The notes under the pieces were generated by a model, which saw only the letters and a program-made list of their open reading frames with translations, was not told the DNA's origin and searched no databases. Source: Spirochaetia bacterium (GTDB lineage: Bacteria > Spirochaetota > Spirochaetia > UBA9216). Taken from it: a stretch of 64,000 nucleotides of DNA. The stretch is taken from NCBI GenBank assembly GCA_965140585.1, contig OZ223272.1, positions 352,001 to 416,000 on the forward strand, written 5' to 3'. Position numbers and translations under genes: made by a program. The stretch's first letter is position 1. Every line of letters begins with the position of its first letter. Of the stretch, positions 32,067 to 41,646 are shown one piece after another.

Positions 32067-33499
32067 TCAGGCAGTATCGATCTTAATCATATTGGCTTCC
32101 CTGCTGGTCAGCAGCGGAATGCCTGTAACATAAACAACCTTATCACCCGAAGTAATATATCCAAGTTTCAACGCCATGTCCCTGGCCATTCGAAGCGTTT
32201 CATCGGTATCAGCCACATCCTTAATGAGCTCGGCCTGAACGCCCCAGACAATATTGAGCCGGCGGAGTGTCTGCTCACTTTGAGAAAAGGCGACAATTGG
32301 AACATTCGGCCTGTACATTGACAGCATCTGGGCTGTCTTACCCGACTTGGTGATTGTGATTATTGCCTTGGCATCGGCTTCGGCTGCAATCAGACAGGCG
32401 GAATGACAGATGTTCTCTGCATCGGTATTGCCCCTGTGCATTCGCCGGAGTCTTGAGGGATCAAATTCAAGGGTTCGGCTTTCAGCGGCATGAATGATAT
32501 CATCCATAGTCCGAACTGCTCCCAGAGGATAGGCTCCGACCGAGGTTTCTCCGCTGAGCATTACCGTATCGGTTCCGTCAAATACGGCATTCGCAACATC
32601 ACTTGCTTCAGCCCTTGTGGGCCGAGGATTGTTTATCATGGATTCAAGCATCTGGGTCGCCGTTATTACAGGTTTGTTGGCGTCGATACACTTGCTGATT
32701 ATCATTTTCTGTAAAACCGGGACTTCCTGCGGCGGCATCTCAACCCCCAGGTCGCCTCTTGCCACCATTACCATGTCGGTTTCAGCAATAATTGCATCAA
32801 TATCCCTTATAGCTTCAGGCTTCTCAATTTGGCAATGATCGGCAGATTCCTGTTTCGTTCCTTAAGCAGCCATCTGAGCTCACGTATATCATTGGCATCC
32901 CTTACAAACGAGAGGGCAATGAAATCAACATCCTGCTTAACTATAAAATCAAGATCCTGGCGATCTTTCTCGGTTATAGCTGAAACGCTTACATTTACAT
33001 TAGGAAGATTCATTCCCTTTCTGGACTTTACCCTGCCGCCGTCGATAACCTGACAGATTACATCACTGCCGGAAGCTTCCTGCACAACAAGCTGAAGAAG
33101 TCCATCGTCAATAAGAATACGGTCAGCAGGTTTCACATCGGCAGCCAGCGAGGTAAAATCGGTAGGAATAACCTTGTGCGGGCCTGAGTAAGCTTCATGA
33201 CTGGTTGAAATAACAACAGTCTCACCTGTTTCAATATCAAACTCTTCATCGATCTTGCTTAAGCGGATCTTGGGACCGCACAGATCTGCAAGTATTGCAA
33301 CTGCATTGTCGGCAAGCTTTGCCCCTTCCTTAACTGCAGCAATACTGGCAGCATGCTCCTCATAGCTTCCGTGGCTGAAGTTTATCCTTATAACATCAAG
33401 CCCCGCCCTGATCATATCCGCAATTATTTCCGGCTTATTTGTGGCCGGACCGATCGTTCCGATTATTTTTGTTCTGGCGAAATGTGTATCTCTTTTCAT
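32067..33499 (-). pseudogene. pyk: Pyruvate kinase with a single-base frameshift (real lesion or sequencing error)
   Basis: TKII.TIGP, R.NFSHG and ALSFVR in one frame; MVARGDLG, TQMLESM and MLSGET in the next. Adding one A to the AAA at 32828-32830 restores IIAKIEKPEA. Confidence 0.88.
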
Positions 33500-33561
33500 A
33501 ACAACCTTATTCTAATAGATCACGAAGAAGAATGCAAAAATATTACTTTATTACTGAGAGC

Positions 33562-34377
33562 TCAGACTATCAGCAGATTACTTTTATGCCTGCTGTTCAT
33601 TCGGAGCATGGTTTTAACAAGAAAAGATTTCCTGTACTCGACAGCCCTTGCAGATCTCCTGCACTTTTTTACACAGGCAAAGCACCTCAGACAAAGAGCC
33701 TCATCAATTGAAAAATCTTCCCTGACAGCCCCCGCCGGGCAGACCTTCCTGCAGATGCCGCAGCTGTTGCAGAGCCTGTTAATAACCGGCGGCTTTGTGA
33801 ACATGGACGCGCTGCCCTCAGGCAGGATTCTGGCAGTAAGCGGAAGCCTTCCCGGAATCAGCGAAGAATCAAGTCCTGCTCCCGAACCGGCAGCAGCCTT
33901 CTGTATGAACACGCCGCCCAGTTCCCGGGCTTCTGCCAGATCAATATCAGACGGGCGCCCGGCCCCTGGAGCTATACTTCCTGAAGAAAAAGAATGCTCC
34001 CCGATAAACGCCCCGGCGGCATAAACACAGGCACCGGAAGTTACGCAGATTCCCTCAAGGTCTTTCAGGCTCATCCCGTAACCAACGTTTCCATATACAC
34101 TGATTATCAGCACAGGCCGTCCGTGCGCTTGAAGTAAGAAGAGACATTCAGCTGCTATTTTGGGAATGTGTTCCTCGTAGACAGGCATACCTATTATCAG
34201 AAGATCTTCAGATACTTTCGGAATAAATTCCGATCTTAACTCAGCCGTAGTGATATCCGAATACCTTATATCGGAAAGCCCTGTACCTTCTGCCGCGGCC
34301 ATTACAACCGCCCGGGTTGTTCCGGTAGGAGAAAAATAAACGGCTCTGACTGATCGATTGCGGTCGGTTACATCCAT
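33562..34377 (-). CDS. EFR1-type flavodoxin-fold plus 4Fe-4S ferredoxin protein
   Basis: YFSPTGTT, YGN and EHS, plus CNSCGIC...CP and CLRCFAC...C. Confidence 0.88.
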   Translation of the reverse strand: MDVTDRNRSVRAVYFSPTGTTRAVVMAAAEGTGLSDIRYSDITTAELRSEFIPKVSEDLLIIGMPVYEEHIPKIAAECLFLLQAHGRPVLIISVYGNVGYGMSLKDLEGICVTSGACVYAAGAFIGEHSFSSGSIAPGAGRPSDIDLAEARELGGVFIQKAAAGSGAGLDSSLIPGRLPLTARILPEGSASMFTKPPVINRLCNSCGICRKVCPAGAVREDFSIDEALCLRCFACVKKCRRSARAVEYRKSFLVKTMLRMNSRHKSNLLIV

Positions 34378-34820
34378 TTCTGAATCTCTATAATATTGCC
34401 TTCGGGATCACGGGCATAAACTACATGTATCTCACCGGCGCCCTTCACTCCGGTTCTGACAATATCACCCACAAGTGAACCTCCGTTTTCAATTATCAGA
34501 GCGGCGTACTTCTCAACATCATCAACGGAAAAAGCTATGTGGGCAAATCCGGGCATATTAATCTGCTTCACCGGATCTGAGGAATTACTGTCATACTGAA
34601 AAACTTCAAGGGTCGGACCTTCTGCTCCGCCGCCCGGGAGTTTAAGGTGTATTCCATTTATCCTGGCATTATCCAGCCCGGTGAGATAATCAAGCCATTC
34701 ACCGGATAGGTCCCGCTCCGGGGGCTTCGGGGTACAGCCTAGGACGTCTACATAAAAGCCGGCGAGTTTTTTCCAGTCTTCAGCAACTACATTAACATGG
34801 GTAAATTTTATTTCTGACAT
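34368..34820 (-). CDS. VOC/glyoxalase family protein
   Basis: H.N.V, FY..VLG, HIAF.VDD and RDPEGN.IE. Confidence 0.88.
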   Translation of the reverse strand: MSEIKFTHVNVVAEDWKKLAGFYVDVLGCTPKPPERDLSGEWLDYLTGLDNARINGIHLKLPGGGAEGPTLEVFQYDSNSSDPVKQINMPGFAHIAFSVDDVEKYAALIIENGGSLVGDIVRTGVKGAGEIHVVYARDPEGNIIEIQKWM

Positions 34821-34830
34821 CAGATATTTC

Positions 34831-35181
34831 CTATTTCTTAACTTTTTTCAGGTTTTCTTCCCTGCGGAATTTAACTATATCACTAATCAGCTGTTCCGGA
34901 AGGGGTTCGTCCAGGGGAAACTGTACTGAACCTTTGGCGTATTTGTATTCAGATATACGCTCCGGAAACCTTGAAATACCGCTGGGCGCCGGGTAAAAAC
35001 CGATATGCCCCTTGTAACCGGCAAAGTGAACCAGATTTCCATTAAGAAAAAAGGTGGGCATACCGTAGCTGATTTTTTCTGAAGCTTCCGGAGCGGCAGC
35101 CCTGATAAGCTCTCTCATCCTCACTAGCAGCTCCCTTGTTTCAGGCGGAAAACCGGAAATATAATCATCAATTTCACTCAT
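34831..35181 (-). CDS. DUF1801 (YdhG/iron-chaperone-like) protein
   Basis: MSEIDDYI, E.ISYGMP.F, HIGFYP and KGSVQFP. GGAGG RBS. Confidence 0.85.
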   Translation of the reverse strand: MSEIDDYISGFPPETRELLVRMRELIRAAAPEASEKISYGMPTFFLNGNLVHFAGYKGHIGFYPAPSGISRFPERISEYKYAKGSVQFPLDEPLPEQLISDIVKFRREENLKKVKK

Positions 35182-35197
35182 ACAGCGCCTCCGGAAC

Positions 35198-35896
35198 TTA
35201 TAGTTCCAGGTTAATAATACAGCTGCTGCACAGGTATTCAAAGCCATTTTTACGGTACATTTCAACAGCGCTGTTATCGCTGTCAACAATGATGAACATG
35301 TACTGGGCTCCTTTGTCCGCAGAGAATCCGGAAGCATATGCAAGAATTGTTGTCCCGCAGCCCTGGTGCTGAAATTCCTCAAGTACATCAAAATCTTCAA
35401 GGTTCGCAGCATTCCCGTGGATAAACAGGTCGCAGTTGCCTACATTTGCATCACCGGAAGTACAGACCAGATGATTAATTTCCGACTGGAAGTCCCGGTA
35501 GACAGGGAGTTTCCGGTCGAATCGGCGGCCGGCAAACCCGGCATATTCCGGTCCGAATGCAGCAATGTCGATATCTCTCCCACGCACATAATGTTCATTT
35601 GTATCGGCAAGCCTGCATAAAGCATCCGGATTACCTCCGGCAGCAGCAACCTTCTCAAGAGATGCATACATGACAAACTGTTCAGATATTTCAGCACCCG
35701 GCAGCTCTTCTTTAATATCAAAAGGAGATTTATCGAATAACTCAATCTGAAGCATAGCCTGCTCCATTGCCTTCCGGTAAGTCTGCTCCTCGTCATATGC
35801 TTTCTTTAGTTTTTCCTGCGGACCGTCAAACCAGAGGAAATTGTGGCAGAACATATCCGGAATATTTTTATCATTGAACCGGATGCCGTATTCCAG
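35198..35896 (-). CDS. GNAT acetyltransferase, apparently missing its native N-terminus
   Basis: C-terminal FQHQGCG...AVEMYRKNGF. The frame continues upstream of the ATG at 35854 as LEYGIRFNDKNIPD, with no start before an in-frame TAG. Confidence 0.6.
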   Translation of the reverse strand: MEYGIRFNDKNIPDMFCHNFLWFDGPQEKLKKAYDEEQTYRKAMEQAMLQIELFDKSPFDIKEELPGAEISEQFVMYASLEKVAAAGGNPDALCRLADTNEHYVRGRDIDIAAFGPEYAGFAGRRFDRKLPVYRDFQSEINHLVCTSGDANVGNCDLFIHGNAANLEDFDVLEEFQHQGCGTTILAYASGFSADKGAQYMFIIVDSDNSAVEMYRKNGFEYLCSSCIINLEL

Positions 35897-36403
35897 CCTT
35901 TTCGACGATTGAGCCTACAGAAATACACAAAGAATGAATACTGTAGGGAATAAACCAGCCACGGATCCTTCCCATCATTCCCACAGATGAGACAATAACA
36001 GTTCCCATCATGCTTTTTACTCTAAAAGGGTCGGAAAGCATGATACGCCAGATGACCAGACGCAGTCTCTGCGGAAGCATGGAAAAAAGCCTGACCGAAG
36101 CCTTCGAGCTGTCCTGCTTACCGAGAACAAAATCTCCTTCATCATTTATTTCAGTATTCCGGCGTCTTCTATTTCCTGATCTATCTGTGCGACTGTTTTT
36201 TCGTTAACTTTTCTCAGAACCATGGGGATTGGGACAGCCTGGCCGTCAACCAGCTTCTCCACCATGATAGATATATCCACATCGTCGAAGATCACAAGCT
36301 CTTTTTGTTTTTTTAAACAGGCATGTACTTCGGGGAACTTTGAGGCCGCAGCGGCAATACATTTAACGATCCATGAATTGAAAGTGAGGCTGAATTTCCT
36401 GCT
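35871..36403 (-). pseudogene. Relic of a stand-alone 2-oxoacid dehydrogenase E2-type acyltransferase catalytic domain
   Basis: Manual translation: LTFNSWIVKCIA...FPEVHA...VIFDDVDISIMVEK...P.VLRKVNEKT..QI..EI, a frameshift near 36160, then GTVIVSSVGMMG...GWFIP...SVGSIVEK. No start codon and no HxxxDG end. Confidence 0.7.
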
Positions 36404-37183
36404 TCATTTTTCCCAGTTTTTCAGAGCTTCACGGACCGAGCGGTTCATTTCAAGAGAAAACTCGCTTGCAAACTTCCGGCCGAAGATCCTGCACCCGAGA
36501 TTCCCTTCAGGATAGCTGTGTGGCTTATCTCCATGCTCCCACTTTTCCATATTATCCATCAGGTGAAGAAGCTTCTCTTTGTCTGTTTCCGGGTAGGAAT
36601 TTTCAAAAACAACAAAGTCCTGGTCATACCTGGGTACAAGCCTACGCTTTGAGGCGGCTTCAGTTGGATACCCGAAACAGAGCAGGGTAACAGGAAAGGT
36701 ATATTCGGGAAGCTTAAACAGATCACGGTGAAATTCATAGTTTTCCATGATATCGCCGATGTAGCATGAACCGATGCCTAGCGATTCGGCCGCCGCAACC
36801 GCGGTCTGGGCAGCAATCAGCGCATCGTTTACAGCCAGCAGAAGATCACCCTCCTGAGGTTTCCTGAAATCAAGGCCTTCAGCAGCGGCATAGTCTTCTG
36901 CTCCGCTGGCGATGAAGTAATCATATATCCGCTGATAATCAGCAAGAAAAAGCAGAACAAGGGGCGCTTTTGCAATGAAGGGCTGGTTATCACAGCTTAC
37001 GGCCAGCTTATCCTTAACAGCCTGATCACTTACATCAATTACTGAATACAACATCAAATTCCCGGCGGTAGGAGCCCGCATTGTACAATCCAGAATAAGC
37101 TGTCTGGTATCAGCATCTATGAGTTTATCTGAGTAACTTCGAACCGAATGGCGCTGCAGAAGCAGGTCTATTGTGTTTTTCAT
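36404..37183 (-). CDS. Nitroreductase, NfsA/NfrA/Frp family
   Basis: RHSVRSY, APT.GN...YS, AAESLGIG.CYIG and FGYP. Confidence 0.9.
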   Translation of the reverse strand: MKNTIDLLLQRHSVRSYSDKLIDADTRQLILDCTMRAPTAGNLMLYSVIDVSDQAVKDKLAVSCDNQPFIAKAPLVLLFLADYQRIYDYFIASGAEDYAAAEGLDFRKPQEGDLLLAVNDALIAAQTAVAAAESLGIGSCYIGDIMENYEFHRDLFKLPEYTFPVTLLCFGYPTEAASKRRLVPRYDQDFVVFENSYPETDKEKLLHLMDNMEKWEHGDKPHSYPEGNLGCRIFGRKFASEFSLEMNRSVREALKNWEK

Positions 37184-38520
37184 TTAAGAGCTCCTATTTC
37201 CTTAATAGCCTGATCTCTCTTCTGTTTTTCGCCCTTTCGAAAACTGAGAAAATCAGTACGGGTTACAATTCCCTTAAGTTTACGATCCTCCACTACAGGC
37301 AGGTGGCCGATGTTGTGTTCCAGCATAAGGTCGTCTATCTCGCGTACAGTGGTTCCAGGATCAGCACAGACTATCTTCTTTGTCATATAACCCTTTACCG
37401 GGGCATGCATCTGATCAGCTTTTCGGCCTTTCATAATATCTCTGAGTGTAAGAAAACCCACCACAAAGCCCTGTTCATCCAGCACCGGGGCGCCGGTATG
37501 GGAAATGGCTTCAAGGGTTCTGGATGCTTCAAGAAGGGAAACCTCCTGTTTCAGAGTTATTACATCTTCGGTCATTATATCAAGAGCAGTGTATGCAGGT
37601 ATCAGGCTGGTCTTAATAAGGGCAAGCATCTGGTTGTACACTTCCTGACCGTCCTCTGTTTTCACAACTCCTGAAGCAGCCTGGGTATGTCCTCCGCCGC
37701 CGAACCGGGAAAGAATTTCATTTATCTTGATGTTGGGCTTGCGGTTTCGGGCAACTATCAGAAGTTTCTTCCTTTTGGGAACATAGAAAAATGCAAAATA
37801 TACTTCCGCATTTTCAACCTCAAATATCTTTTCAACAACAGCATTTACACCTTCAGATTCCTGGTCGAGAACTGTATAGCTTGTGATAACAAAATGGCCG
37901 AGGATGTCATGGTATTCGATAGCATTGAGTACCTGATGAAAAAGGCTGACCTGAATTTTCTTTCGGAGCGGCTGAAGAAAATGAGAGACAAGTTTAAGCT
38001 CAGCACCGCAGTCAATCAGGTATGAGGCACAGCTGAAATCTTCGCAGCTGACATTCTGATGAGTGAAGTTGCCGGTATCAGCGTAAATCCCGGTCAGTGC
38101 AATGGTTGCATCTTCGGGAGAAATTTTGATGCCCCTTTTTATAACTTCCATGGCAAGAAGCGTTGTATTGGCACCATAGGGTTTATCATGAATCAAGGCA
38201 CCAACAATATCCTTATCATCAGCGGGATGATGATCGAAAACCTCGATTTCGAGTTCAGGGTTGGATATATACTGCATGTATTCCGCGATTCGGCCGGAAG
38301 TACGGGTATCAACGACAATCATCTTTTCAACATGCTCTTCCTTCAAATCAATCGGGTTGGCAAATGCCAGATGATTCTGATAGAGATTCTGCAGATTCTT
38401 TGCCACAGGATGAATCAGCCTGCTTTTAACCGGTACATAATCGGGATAAATATACCTTGCAAGCACAATCGATCCTATGCAGTCTAAATCCATATTGCTG
38501 TGACCAACGATAATCTTCAT
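37180..38520 (-). CDS. DHH/DHHA1 phosphoesterase with C-terminal CBS pair
   Basis: H.N.DLD, VDT, DHH, DTG.F, GGGH..AA, then two CBS repeats. Confidence 0.88.
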   Translation of the reverse strand: MKIIVGHSNMDLDCIGSIVLARYIYPDYVPVKSRLIHPVAKNLQNLYQNHLAFANPIDLKEEHVEKMIVVDTRTSGRIAEYMQYISNPELEIEVFDHHPADDKDIVGALIHDKPYGANTTLLAMEVIKRGIKISPEDATIALTGIYADTGNFTHQNVSCEDFSCASYLIDCGAELKLVSHFLQPLRKKIQVSLFHQVLNAIEYHDILGHFVITSYTVLDQESEGVNAVVEKIFEVENAEVYFAFFYVPKRKKLLIVARNRKPNIKINEILSRFGGGGHTQAASGVVKTEDGQEVYNQMLALIKTSLIPAYTALDIMTEDVITLKQEVSLLEASRTLEAISHTGAPVLDEQGFVVGFLTLRDIMKGRKADQMHAPVKGYMTKKIVCADPGTTVREIDDLMLEHNIGHLPVVEDRKLKGIVTRTDFLSFRKGEKQKRDQAIKEIGALK

Positions 38521-38585
38521 AATAACTCCGCAAATTTGATTTCAGATGACTATTTGAATAGGATTATATTACATAGGAACTGAAA

Positions 38586-40133
38586 ATGAAAATTATTTCA
38601 AAGATAATACTCATTATGATATTCGGATTTATTTTAATAATCGGAATTTCAGCGTTTCTGCTCGCATTGCACTATGCAGAATGTGTTAAAAAGGCTCTTA
38701 TAGACCCGGAACAAAATATATTCTCAGAACCGACAATCATTTTTATTATTAAACTTATAATCTTTTGGCTGGTCAGCACTATTCTGATGTCACTCACGAT
38801 AACCTTTCTGGTAAGCAGGAATATAATCTATCCGCTTAAGATCATCGGAGCGGCAATCAGGACAAAAAGAAGCATCCGGGAAGAGAAGGTCAGAAACAAT
38901 CCTGATTTTGCTGAAATAACCCAGTTGTTCAATGAGGGAGTTCTAAATGAGAGAGCCCTTAGGGAAGCCCAGATTCAGGGTGAGATAGGCCACTGCTTTT
39001 ATAATATTGATAAAAAAGAGTTTTATGACTATTCGGATCAGCTGAAAGAGATATTTGAAACGAAAAATCTTAAAGAAAGTAAATACCAGGAAGTAGAGAA
39101 CCTTTTCAGCATGATGCTTCCCTCAAACCAGGAAGAACTCACCATCAGACTTAGCAGCAATGAGAAGGTACTGGAATTTGATTTTGAAGTGGAAATAAAT
39201 AAAAAAATCAAATCTCTTCATTCAAAGATCAAACCTATTTCATGGTCCAAGGAAGGCATTCCGCTGGTACTCTTTGCAACTATCCAGGACATCTCCAAAA
39301 GAGTTCAGACAGAGAAGGATTTGAGAAGATTCAACCAGGAACTCAGTGACAAGGAAAATCAGCTTGCCAGAGCCGAAAGAATGGCAACAATAGGTAGAAT
39401 ATCGGCCGGGGTTGCACATGAAATAAACAATCCTGTAAGTTTTATTCAGAATAACCTGACTGCCATGCAGGGCTATTTTGAAGTAGTAAAAAAACTGAAA
39501 AGAATGGCCGAAAGCGGCTGTACCGAGGGTGACTATGAAAGCCTGGACAACGATGAAGACGTCAACTTTGTTCTTGAGGATATAGATAAAAGCATTATTG
39601 AATCTCTTGACGGATGTTCGAGAATATCCTCAATTGTGAAAAGCCTTAAGACCTTTGCAAGACCGGACATGAAGGAAAAAATAAAGGCCGACATAAACGA
39701 AGCACTTCAAAGTACGCTCAATATCGCAAATAACGAGATTAAATACCACTGCACTGTAAAAACTGATTTCGGCAGACTTCCCGATCTGATATGCTATCCG
39801 GGCGAACTTAATCAGGTATTTCTGAACCTCATAGTAAACGCGTCACAGGCAATAAAGGAAAAAGGTATAATTGAAGTAAGCACCCTATACGATGCAGCGA
39901 GTGACGAGATAGTTATCAAAGTCTGTGATAACGGAGAGGGGATAAAAGAAGATAATATCAGCAAACTTTTTGATCCATTTTTTACAACAAAACCGCCTGG
40001 AAAGGGTTCAGGCCTCGGATTATCGATTTCCCAGCAGATAATTGAAAAACACAGGGGTACAATTTCAGCAGAAAACAGGAAGGATGGAGGGGCCTGTTTT
40101 ATTATCAGGCTTCCGGTTACTAATGCTGCCTGA
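38586..40133 (+). CDS. Membrane sensor histidine kinase (NtrB-like core)
   Basis: Two TM segments, PAS-like region, AHEINNP, QVFLNL..NA, DNGEG and FDPFFTTK..GKGSGLGL. Confidence 0.9.
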   Translation: MKIISKIILIMIFGFILIIGISAFLLALHYAECVKKALIDPEQNIFSEPTIIFIIKLIIFWLVSTILMSLTITFLVSRNIIYPLKIIGAAIRTKRSIREEKVRNNPDFAEITQLFNEGVLNERALREAQIQGEIGHCFYNIDKKEFYDYSDQLKEIFETKNLKESKYQEVENLFSMMLPSNQEELTIRLSSNEKVLEFDFEVEINKKIKSLHSKIKPISWSKEGIPLVLFATIQDISKRVQTEKDLRRFNQELSDKENQLARAERMATIGRISAGVAHEINNPVSFIQNNLTAMQGYFEVVKKLKRMAESGCTEGDYESLDNDEDVNFVLEDIDKSIIESLDGCSRISSIVKSLKTFARPDMKEKIKADINEALQSTLNIANNEIKYHCTVKTDFGRLPDLICYPGELNQVFLNLIVNASQAIKEKGIIEVSTLYDAASDEIVIKVCDNGEGIKEDNISKLFDPFFTTKPPGKGSGLGLSISQQIIEKHRGTISAENRKDGGACFIIRLPVTNAA

Positions 40134-41541
40134 GCTCTGACAAATCATTCTTCCGATGACGGCTTTTAAGCTCCTTTTTCATGATATACATCAGCTCATC
40201 AGCCTTCTTTATCAGCTCGTCATAGCCTTCACCATTTTCAGGACAGAATGCTACACCATAGCTGAAATAACAGGCAATTTTCTGCCCGTCCTGCATAACA
40301 AGCGGATTATCAACCAGACTACGCTGTATCTCCGACAGCCTCTCGATAAACTGGGCCGACTGTGAAGAAAAAAAGCAGATTGCAAACTCATCACCGCCCA
40401 GTCTTGCCAGAAGATCCGTTCCCCTGAGACTTGCCTTAAGTACAGAGATGAATTTTATTATCAGTTTGTCTCCGGCAGAATGTCCCCATAAATCATTAAC
40501 GGTTTTAAGATCATTGATATCCATCAGAACGATGCAGCACGATTCATATTCATATCTATTCTTCAGAAATTTACGGACCTGTTCCTCGAATGCTCCGCGG
40601 CTGGCGACATCTGTCATTGGATCATGATTGGCCTTATGTTCTATAGTGTTGTAAAGAAGCTGGTTCTCAAGGGCAATCTGAAGCTGAAGCCTGAAATACT
40701 CGATACTCTTTGCATCATCCTCTTCAAACACACTATCTTTACTGCTCATTATGATAATGACTCCGTAAAACTCTTCATTCACAAAAATTGGAGTCTCAAT
40801 CACTGATTTACATTCAATATCGGAACAGAACTGAAGAAGCCCGCGCCCGTCATAGTTGTGAAGGTTATTAATAATAGCCGTGCGGTCTATCATTCGTTTG
40901 TATTTCTGCCAGAAAAAAGTCTCGGCAGCCGGGACCCTTAGAATACTGGTGTTATCAATTCTGCAGCCGATTGAGGCCGCAGTTTCAAAGCCGTCTTCCC
41001 CGCTGTACCGCAGTATTATTCCGGATTCGGCGGAATCAATTGAAGCTATAGCAGCATCAAGAACAAGTGTATAGAAATTCTGCAGATCCTTGAGCTGTGA
41101 CAGATTGAGGCTGATATCCAGCAGGTAATCCTTCAGCTTGTAAAGCTTGTTGTTATAATCCATACCGCTCATGAATACCGACATCTCCAGCACCTGATAA
41201 ATCCAGAAAGCATCCACACATTCTGCCGGCGGGATAATCAGGATAAGAACAGCAATACATCGTCCGTCGGATCTAATCAGATTTGCTTTAAGAAATTTAT
41301 CATGATTTCTGATAGTAAGAGCCTCACAGCGGTTTTTGAGTATTCGTTTTTTACTGTAGATAAGTTCATTGTAGGATTCAGCTGTAAAGAGGTTCTCAAT
41401 TCCAAGATATTTTACCGATTCAGAATCATATCCGGTAAGTTCGAGAAAAGACTGATTGGAATCTATAACAATCCCGTTTTCTTCAACAAACAGGCCGCCT
41501 GGAGATTCACTGATAAACTGTTGATAAAGAGACTCTTTCAT
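40120..41541 (-). CDS. PAS-GAF diguanylate cyclase
   Basis: PAS (N.SF.ELTGY), GAF-like middle, D.NDLK.VND.WGH..GD, RGTD I-site and GGDEF. Start uncertain. Confidence 0.85.
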   Translation of the reverse strand: MKESLYQQFISESPGGLFVEENGIVIDSNQSFLELTGYDSESVKYLGIENLFTAESYNELIYSKKRILKNRCEALTIRNHDKFLKANLIRSDGRCIAVLILIIPPAECVDAFWIYQVLEMSVFMSGMDYNNKLYKLKDYLLDISLNLSQLKDLQNFYTLVLDAAIASIDSAESGIILRYSGEDGFETAASIGCRIDNTSILRVPAAETFFWQKYKRMIDRTAIINNLHNYDGRGLLQFCSDIECKSVIETPIFVNEEFYGVIIIMSSKDSVFEEDDAKSIEYFRLQLQIALENQLLYNTIEHKANHDPMTDVASRGAFEEQVRKFLKNRYEYESCCIVLMDINDLKTVNDLWGHSAGDKLIIKFISVLKASLRGTDLLARLGGDEFAICFFSSQSAQFIERLSEIQRSLVDNPLVMQDGQKIACYFSYGVAFCPENGEGYDELIKKADELMYIMKKELKSRHRKNDLSELRQH

Positions 41542-41646
41542 TAGATGTAATAAAATTATAAGATAGTCACCCGGACAATGCAAAAAAAACCATGTTTTTT
41601 CATGATTTTTGAACTATCTTGTATTGAATATCTTTTCGGAGGAATG

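Noticed and set aside
32820-32840. Programmed -1 frameshift in pyk
   Set aside because: No slippery heptamer or stimulatory structure is evident, and pyk is not known to be recoded.
33353-34024. 223-aa plus-strand ORF
   Set aside because: Antisense to pyk and the ferredoxin gene, with shadow-like composition.
35182-35412. N-terminal extension of the DUF1801 ORF
   Set aside because: It overlaps the GNAT gene in another frame. A GGAGG RBS supports the start at 35181.
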